A stretch of 50,649 bases of DNA from a virus (taxonomy: Duplodnaviria > Caudoviricetes), in the IMG/VR virus record IMGVR_UViG_3300038520_000510, positions 1 through 50,649 of that record; one strand, 5' to 3'. The translations under genes were made by a program, and so were the position numbers. Below, piece after piece: positions 43,904-50,649 of this stretch; the stretch's first letter is position 1, and every line of letters starts with the position of its first letter. Below the pieces are notes generated by a model. The model made no database searches and had not been told where the DNA came from. It was given only the letters and a program-made list of their open reading frames with translations.

Positions 43904-45817
43904 ATGGCAATAGAAGATACTTTTAAAAATATACAGGCTGTCAGAGGTAGGCAGTTTGAAAAGATAAGGAATCAACAGCGTAAGCAGCAAAGAGTTGATA
44001 CTTTGTTTGCTGCTGGAAATATTTTATCCAGAATAGGAAATACTTTTTTAAAAGAGCAAGCCCGTAATTTTCTATACAATGAAGATAATATGGCTAAACA
44101 GGCTCAGTATAAAACTTTTCTAAATTCGGCAGAAAATACAATTAAGGAATATCAAGCTGCTGAAGCCTTTGAAGGAGGAATACGAAGTTACCTAACTGAT
44201 AAACGTGCTAACTTTCTTTTGAGAGATGCACAGTCTGAATTCGCAGAGCTAGGTGAGCTTAATGAAACTGAATTGCAAGAGTATATTCAAAGCGAGGCTT
44301 CTACATGGGCAGAGAAAAATGAAACAAAATTTAAAGATGCTTATGATGAAGCTGTAAAGCTAGGAACCTTTGAAGAATATCAAGCTGCTTTAGCTTCTGA
44401 ATATCAAGGCCCAACAAATGTAGGTGAATTTTTATATCGTGGAGCAAAAGGATTTTTTACAGGAAAAGATAAAAGTCAAATTAGGGCAGGGGCAGCTAAC
44501 AGTGTTGCCGCAAGAATGGAACAGGCAGGTGAGAATGTCCAAGAATATAGGGCTGCTGTTAATGCTGGTTACGATATTAATAGTGCGGAAGTAATACAGT
44601 CTTTAATTAATGATAAAACACTATCTCGTAAAGACGACAAAGAGATAGGTTTTGAATTAGTTGATTCAAATATTCAAAGATTTGGGGGTACTCTTAGTAT
44701 TACTTACAGAGATAAAACTTTTGAAAGGGCTGATGGGACTACATACACAAAAAGAACAATAGAGAGAGGTGACAACCCTAATAATAGATTTGTACTATCA
44801 GAACAAAATGTCTCAGAGGGTGGTGAACTTGAAGATGATTATTTTAAACCCGATCCTCCTGTCTTGACAACTACTACTAATGAATTTGGCACAGAAATAA
44901 CTACAACAGTTATAGAGTATAGAGATCCTTTTGGAGTTATTGATCCTAACAGAACTATTACAACAAGAGAATTTAGAGCCGACGAAGATCCTATACAAGC
45001 TGCATTAGCAGTAAGTGATGTTGAAGTACAAGAGCTTCTAAATCAAAATACTCAGTTATCTTCTCATCCAACTTTTGCAAGTGAAGATACGGCAGAAAAG
45101 TATCAAAATTTACTAGCAGACTATTATTCACAAAGTCTAACAGATCCTAGTCCGGGGGACATAACTAAAATTAGAGAACGTGCTGCTAAAGAAATATTAG
45201 GAGAACTTAGAGTCTTGATAAGTTCTGAGTCTGCTCAGACTCCCTTAGCTGAATCATCTGATTTTATTAGAACAACAGATAGCTTAATTCCTGTGGGTCA
45301 AACACAAGAAGATATAATGCGTACTTCTTATAAAGAATTGATGCCTTTATTTCTGCAAGCTAAATTAATGAGCATAAGAAGCAAACAATCAGTTGATGGC
45401 AAGGGATTCTCAGAAGATGTAAGAGGTTTTGATTTAACTCCAGACAATGCACACGTAACGATGGTGGCTGCATTATTGTCTAGAGAAAATTCTAATTTGG
45501 CTGTGACTATATCTCCAGAAACCGCAGATTTTTTATTTAATAATTCACCTGTAGAAATGGTAGACGGGCTATCTAAAAATTATAAAAAATTATTATTACA
45601 AAATATAATTAAAGATAGATCAGCAGCCAGCTGGCAGGAAAGTGTACTACCAGAACTAGAGGCTTCTGGATATTCAAACGAACACATAAGAAGTATTTTA
45701 GGACTTGTAATAAGACTTGATCAGGATACTAGAGATCTAACATTTCAAAATACATCTCAACGATCTGAAACAACCTCAAGTAGCTATCCATCATCATATT
45801 TAATAGGTTTAAATTAG
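43904..45817 (+). CDS. Internal virion protein
   Basis: 637-aa helical protein between the ejection-type genes. Confidence 0.65.
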   Translation: MAIEDTFKNIQAVRGRQFEKIRNQQRKQQRVDTLFAAGNILSRIGNTFLKEQARNFLYNEDNMAKQAQYKTFLNSAENTIKEYQAAEAFEGGIRSYLTDKRANFLLRDAQSEFAELGELNETELQEYIQSEASTWAEKNETKFKDAYDEAVKLGTFEEYQAALASEYQGPTNVGEFLYRGAKGFFTGKDKSQIRAGAANSVAARMEQAGENVQEYRAAVNAGYDINSAEVIQSLINDKTLSRKDDKEIGFELVDSNIQRFGGTLSITYRDKTFERADGTTYTKRTIERGDNPNNRFVLSEQNVSEGGELEDDYFKPDPPVLTTTTNEFGTEITTTVIEYRDPFGVIDPNRTITTREFRADEDPIQAALAVSDVEVQELLNQNTQLSSHPTFASEDTAEKYQNLLADYYSQSLTDPSPGDITKIRERAAKEILGELRVLISSESAQTPLAESSDFIRTTDSLIPVGQTQEDIMRTSYKELMPLFLQAKLMSIRSKQSVDGKGFSEDVRGFDLTPDNAHVTMVAALLSRENSNLAVTISPETADFLFNNSPVEMVDGLSKNYKKLLLQNIIKDRSAASWQESVLPELEASGYSNEHIRSILGLVIRLDQDTRDLTFQNTSQRSETTSSSYPSSYLIGLN

Positions 45818-45820
45818 ATA

Positions 45821-48800
45821 ATGCCAGTTAAACGAAGAAATATCGGGGCTAGTGCTGCGGTGCGTGGAACCCCATTAAGTTCTGTAGTAGATACTGTAGA
45901 CCTGAGTACTTATACGCCTACAGAAACTCCTATGGTAAATCCTACTCTAAGACGTTTAGAGAATGATGAGGAATACCAAGAAGATGTAGAAAAATACATG
46001 GCTTATATAGGCTCTCAAGATGATGGTTTTCTTAATGAGTTCTTAGCAGGTAATCTAACAACTTCAGATTGGAAAGAGTTTCTTAGGGATGAAGATTGGA
46101 AACTAACCTCAGTTATAGATAGACGCCGCGCTATTGAAAATGCTCCTGAAGATGTTAAGCAAGCATATAATAGAGTTAGAGACAAGTGGGATAGGGCTGA
46201 AGTAGGCAACTATGCTGCTTGGGTTGATGCTATAAAAGATATAGGCGTAGATATTGTTACTGACCCTATTAATTTAGGTGCATTATTAGCTATCCCTTTT
46301 ACCAGTGGAGGTTCTGCTGCGGCAGGAGTATTGGCTAAAGAGGGGGCTAAACAAGCAGCCAAGACAACTTTAAAACGCATAGCTCCTACTGCTACAGGTG
46401 CGGCTGAAGGTGCTGTATGGTCAGGGGTAGAAAACTATAATAGGCAGAACATAGAAATTGCTACAGGTCTTAGGAATGAATTTTCAGATAGAGACTTTAA
46501 TCTTAGTATAGGATTAGGAGGAAGTATTGGTGCAGGAATAGGTCTTGGTTTAGGGTTTTTAACCAATAAGATGAATGCAGCAAAAGTAGAAAGAGATATT
46601 GTTCCAGATAATAAAGCTCTAGATAATCAGGTAAATAATGTAGCAGCGAATGAAGCTGATGTTGTAGATAATATTTCAAATGGTACTTTACCAAAATCAC
46701 CAGAGGTAGTAGAAGCAGTTAATGATTTAGTGGAAAGACTACCTATTAGATCAGCTACTTTTCAAAACAATAGTTTAATTGAAACTAGAGGGATGCCTAC
46801 AGATTTCGACATTGCTGATTTTGGAGATATTGATGAAATCGCAGACAGGTTGGCTAAAGAGTTAGGCGGCGGAGAAACTACCACAGAAGAACTAGCAGAC
46901 CTTATGAGGCAAGCTATAGCTGCTGCAAAAAGAGGGAACCTAACTGGTGATGATCTTTCTGACTTTGTAACCGCAAGAATTACTAGAAGCACTGATGAAG
47001 CAGCACCGGGGCCAACTGGCACAGAAGCTCCAGATGCACAAGACTTTGTTTCTCCTACTGCTTTAGAGGGTGCAGGAGGAGTGGCTGAACCTATAAGAAA
47101 TAAACTATTGTTTAATATAGGTAGGCTTGCTAATAAACTTAATAGCACTGTAATAGCTGGTAAGGCTACGGATTTACTTAGTCCATATGCAAAACTTTCT
47201 CCTACTGTTAGAAGGCTACAAAGTCTTTTCAGATATGATTCATCTTTAAAACTAACTAGCCCAACCACAGATGAAACATTAGGCCGCGACTATTTTGAAG
47301 TTTTAAAAGAAACTTTTGGTACTTTTGTTACATCTTTTAAAAGAGCTTACGACCCAATCATTCTAGGCACTGGCGGTGACGTTAGGCAAGAAATGGATGA
47401 TTTGATCATATCTGCTCTTAGAGGTGGCGTTTTACCTGATGATGCTCCTCAAGCCGTTAAAGATATCGTCCCACAGCTAAGAAAACTTTTTGATGATAGG
47501 GCTGAAGCCTTATTCATGGAAGAAGCTCCCGCTAACTATATCCCTAGAATGTGGAAGCGAAGTGTTATTGAAAGCAATAAATCAGACTTTAAAAGGCTAT
47601 TGTTATCTGATGGCTATGAGAGTGCTGAAGCAGACAGCATAATTGAAAGTATGCTAAGAAAGTCTGAAAATGTTTCAGTAATAGATTCTGGAGGATCATC
47701 AGACACTATATTTTTAATGCCTAGAGTATTAGATAAAATTTCAGATGACAATTTGTATAAGGATTTTTTAGAAAACGATTTAAATAAAATTGTACATGAA
47801 TATGGAATACAGTCGGCAAGACGTATTGCTAAACTAAATGTATTAGGTGTTAGAAATTTAAAAGACTTTCAAGAAATATGGATACCAAGAATACAAGATG
47901 AATTAGCTGAAGCTGGTCTTAAAGGAGATCCTTTAATTGGAAAGGCTGTTGCTGATATAACAAAAGTATATTCCTCTATAACAGGAGAGGGCGTTCAAAG
48001 ATATGGTAATAGTGTTCAAACAGTTGCAGATGCCTATACTATGGCTACTCGAACAGCTACTCTCCCTCTTGCCACATTATCAAGTTTAACAGAGATATTT
48101 ATTAATATAAGTAAGGCTGGATTTAGAAATAGTTTCAGAGGTCTTTCAGGAGCTATGGGTGAAGGCTTTGATACTATAGCAACTAAAAGCAAAAACCTTT
48201 TAGCTGATTCAGGATTGACTGAACCTGAAATATGGAGAGAAATGCAAGAGCTAGGCATTGCTATGGATCAGGCAGCAGGTGATGTAGCTGATAGATTAGG
48301 TGGAGAGGCTATTGTTAATACAAAAATAAGAAGTATAAACAATGCTTTCTTTAGGGCTAACTTTCTTGACCAGTGGACAAAATTTGTTCAAATGACTTCT
48401 TACATAACTGGTAAGAATTTAATTACAGAAAATATAGCCACTATAGCTGCTAATAGAGGATTAAAGGACAGCCGAAGAATACTAAATAAAAAAAGACAAC
48501 TAATGGAGCTAGGAGTTGATATAGATCAAGGTCTGGCTTGGTTTGACAATGGAATGAAAGCTGATGATGCTTTTAACAAAAATATCCAGAGAGCAGCAGG
48601 GCGTTATACTAATGAAGTTATTTTAAATCCTGAAGCTGCCTCTGGACTAAAACCACTTTTACACTCTAATCCTAGAACTGCTATTTTATTCCAACTACTA
48701 GGATATCCTGCTGCATTTACAAATACTGTCCTGAAAGGTGCATTAAGAGGAATGATAAAAGATCCTCAAGGCAATGCTTTGAATACTTTAGGTGCTGGCA

Positions 48801-50649
48801 TAATCATGACAGAAGTTGCTAGGTTTAATAACTGGGCAAGGACGGGAGGAAAAAGCGAAGAAGAAGGCGAGAATCCTTATGGTGCTGCCATCATGAGATG
48901 GGGTGGAGGAGGAACATATATAGATATGTTTCGTAGGATGGACTTTGCCGCCGAACAGGCACCCGTTTTTGCACCAGTTTTAGGAGTTTCAGGGCCATTT
49001 GTACAGGATCTTGTATCTTTAGGTAGAGGTTATCAAGGGCCAGTTGAATTTGCTGCACGTAAAACTCCGGGCTTTGGTGCTTTTGAGGCAATATTCGGAA
49101 AAGAATTTAAAGATAACTACACCATGTCTGCTAGAGAAATAGATAAAATGCTAGATAGTTTCTTTGCAGCTGAAACAGAAACAAGAGTAGAGTTTAGAAA
49201 AGGTGGTGAAGTCTATGATGTCCCTAATGCATCTGAAGAGCCTGATGAGCGTGTTGATCGTTTGACGGGTATACCATATAACGAGCAAGCTGGTGGTGCA
49301 TTTATAGATGAAGAAGAGAGGCAGGGTTTTGTTACAGGACAATTAGCAAAACCAGTTAGAAAGTTTTTTACTTCTGCTTTAAGTGAGGCTGTCGGTAAGA
49401 TAGCTGATCAAGGACAAAACATTCCGTTTAGCAGATTGGTAAAGCGTCTTCAGCTTGAAGGTGTTAGAACTGACGAGATTGATGCCTCTGACATTATGAA
49501 TCTTGTAGACGAAAAAGACGTAGTAACCACAAGATCAGGCAATAGGGCTGTTACTGCTGAAGGTTTAAAAAATGCAGAAGCTCGAAGAACTGATGTGTTT
49601 AAACAGGAAGAAAGCACATATCTACAAGCCCAAGAAAGAATAGAAGAAGTTGCTGAAGATTTACAAAGAGAAGTAGAAATGCTTGCTCCACAAGATCAGG
49701 CTCTTATGGAGGCAGAATACGCAGAAAATGATGAAATCTTAGCGGAAGCATTTTCTGATGAGGATTTTCGAAATATAGAAAACCCCGATCCTACATTTTC
49801 ATATGCAAATTATCTTTTAGATACGGCTTTTAATCCTGAAGAACCTTTAGCAGCAAGAAAAACTGCGGTAGAAGAAATTGAAAGAGTATTAGACAAAGCT
49901 CCCTCAGATTTTAAAGATATGTACGAGGAGGTGGTTCCAGAAGATGCTGAGTTAAATACATATTATATTAGGTATTTTTCTGATCCTAGAGTTCCTCGCC
50001 CTACTGAGGGCGGACATTTTGCAAAAGGTATAGATTATTCTGAGGATTTAAATTTTGTTTACTGGACTAGGGGAGATGTTGCATCTGGAGATAAAACTAT
50101 AACTGGAGGAGAAGCCTCTAGAGTTTATGAAATTCAGTCAGACAGTAGAGTTGAGTTAGATCTTGAAAAATTAAGTCCTTATCAAAAATTATTATTTGAA
50201 GCAGAAGTACTAGACGCTAAGATAGGCGAAATAGAAGATTCTATTTTGGATGTAGATTTGAAATTAGAGGAGTTTAATATTATCCGTTCTTCTACTGAAG
50301 ATCGTGCTGTTATTCCTCCTGACGCTGAAGAAGCTGTAAAAACATTAATAAAGAGAAATAATGAGTTAATGGACGAGTTAACTGCTGCTAGAAAACAAGA
50401 GCGTGACTTACACCCAAAACTAAAAGATGCTAGAAAAAACCTGACAGCAACGGAAGCTAGGCAACAACAACGCGAAGTAGATATTGAGGGAACTGAAGTC
50501 CCTATAAATGTCTGGAAGAATGCAATTCATAACGAAATTGTTAAAGCTAAAGAACAAGGTCTAGATGAAATACAATTTCTTATTGACGATAAACTGGTAG
50601 AAAAATCAGGAGTAAGGGTTTCTGAGTTTATGTCTAGATCTCCAGAAAT
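45821..50649 (+). CDS. Giant internal virion protein (about 1870 aa when joined to 3..1340), no stop inside the window
   Basis: ATG 3 nt after the upstream stop. The frame read open wherever it was checked (DIVTDPINL, NYIPRMW, RVEFRKGG, EIQSD), and the ORF track lists no competing plus-strand ORF here. Confidence 0.85.
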   Translation, partial: MPVKRRNIGASAAVRGTPLSSVVDTVDLSTYTPTETPMVNPTLRRLENDEEYQEDVEKYMAYIGSQDDGFLNEFLAGNLTTSDWKEFLRDEDWKLTSVIDRRRAIENAPEDVKQAYNRVRDKWDRAEVGNYAAWVDAIKDIGVDIVTDPINLGALLAIPFTSGGSAAAGVLAKEGAKQAAKTTLKRIAPTATGAAEGAVWSGVENYNRQNIEIATGLRNEFSDRDFNLSIGLGGSIGAGIGLGLGFLTNKMNAAKVERDIVPDNKALDNQVNNVAANEADVVDNISNGTLPKSPEVVEAVNDLVERLPIRSATFQNNSLIETRGMPTDFDIADFGDIDEIADRLAKELGGGETTTEELADLMRQAIAAAKRGNLTGDDLSDFVTARITRSTDEAAPGPTGTEAPDAQDFVSPTALEGAGGVAEPIRNKLLFNIGRLANKLNSTVIAGKATDLLSPYAKLSPTVRRLQSLFRYDSSLKLTSPTTDETLGRDYFEVLKETFGTFVTSFKRAYDPIILGTGGDVRQEMDDLIISALRGGVLPDDAPQAVKDIVPQLRKLFDDRAEALFMEEAPANYIPRMWKRSVIESNKSDFKRLLLSDGYESAEADSIIESMLRKSENVSVIDSGGSSDTIFLMPRVLDKISDDNLYKDFLENDLNKIVHEYGIQSARRIAKLNVLGVRNLKDFQEIWIPRIQDELAEAGLKGDPLIGKAVADITKVYSSITGEGVQRYGNSVQTVADAYTMATRTATLPLATLSSLTEIFINISKAGFRNSFRGLSGAMGEGFDTIATKSKNLLADSGLTEPEIWREMQELGIAMDQAAGDVADRLGGEAIVNTKIRSINNAFFRANFLDQWTKFVQMTSYITGKNLITENIATIAANRGLKDSRRILNKKRQLMELGVDIDQGLAWFDNGMKADDAFNKNIQRAAGRYTNEVILNPEAASGLKPLLHSNPRTAILFQLLGYPAAFTNTVLKGALRGMIKDPQGNALNTLGAGIIMTEVARFNNWARTGGKSEEEGENPYGAAIMRWGGGGTYIDMFRRMDFAAEQAPVFAPVLGVSGPFVQDLVSLGRGYQGPVEFAARKTPGFGAFEAIFGKEFKDNYTMSAREIDKMLDSFFAAETETRVEFRKGGEVYDVPNASEEPDERVDRLTGIPYNEQAGGAFIDEEERQGFVTGQLAKPVRKFFTSALSEAVGKIADQGQNIPFSRLVKRLQLEGVRTDEIDASDIMNLVDEKDVVTTRSGNRAVTAEGLKNAEARRTDVFKQEESTYLQAQERIEEVAEDLQREVEMLAPQDQALMEAEYAENDEILAEAFSDEDFRNIENPDPTFSYANYLLDTAFNPEEPLAARKTAVEEIERVLDKAPSDFKDMYEEVVPEDAELNTYYIRYFSDPRVPRPTEGGHFAKGIDYSEDLNFVYWTRGDVASGDKTITGGEASRVYEIQSDSRVELDLEKLSPYQKLLFEAEVLDAKIGEIEDSILDVDLKLEEFNIIRSSTEDRAVIPPDAEEAVKTLIKRNNELMDELTAARKQERDLHPKLKDARKNLTATEARQQQREVDIEGTEVPINVWKNAIHNEIVKAKEQGLDEIQFLIDDKLVEKSGVRVSEFMSRSPE
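50097..50649. repeat. Imperfect terminal direct repeat, copy 2
   Basis: Homologous to 1-559, in the same reading frame. Confidence 0.95.

Noticed and set aside
46802-46819. DFDIAD as a crAss-like virion RNA polymerase motif
   Set aside because: The spacing does not match DxDxD, it lies in an acidic low-complexity stretch, and no other polymerase motif was seen.
50097-50649. Diversity-generating retroelement (template and variable repeat pair with 1-559)
   Set aside because: The differences are not adenine-specific and include an indel, both copies are in-frame coding, and no reverse transcriptase is present.

Overview
The window looks like a complete, circularly permuted genome of about 50 kb from a lytic, AT-rich podovirus-type phage. 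It has no recognisable RNA polymerase, integrase, tRNA or CRISPR. Two arms diverge from a non-coding region at about 19.7-20.4 kb and meet at about 3.2 kb. The minus-strand arm carries small early genes, then a T7-like replisome (SSB, primase-helicase, family A polymerase), nucleases and a class Ia ribonucleotide reductase. The plus-strand arm carries terminase, portal, scaffold, capsid, tail, fibres, membrane/lysis proteins and internal virion proteins; it wraps through the window ends into a lipoprotein, a cytochrome c/copper monooxygenase and a lysozyme. The host is probably a marine gammaproteobacterium (inference from the PqqA-like, SutA-like and monooxygenase genes). Most notable: (1) an unannotated 24-aa PqqA precursor gene directly after the capsid gene; (2) an exported heme c plus PHM/DBH-type copper monooxygenase with all six copper ligands; (3) an array of six sequence-unrelated palindromes next to back-to-back perfect sigma70 promoters; (4) six long RNA-type hairpins punctuating the early operon; (5) a recurring [RK]xx[FMK]xxGG motif at module boundaries of virion polyproteins; (6) a triplicated structured motif around the scaffold start; (7) a gene overprinted on the portal C-terminus; (8) apparent absence of CCWGG; (9) two divergent alleles of one segment at the contig ends. 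Family assignments come from motif recognition only; no database search was run.
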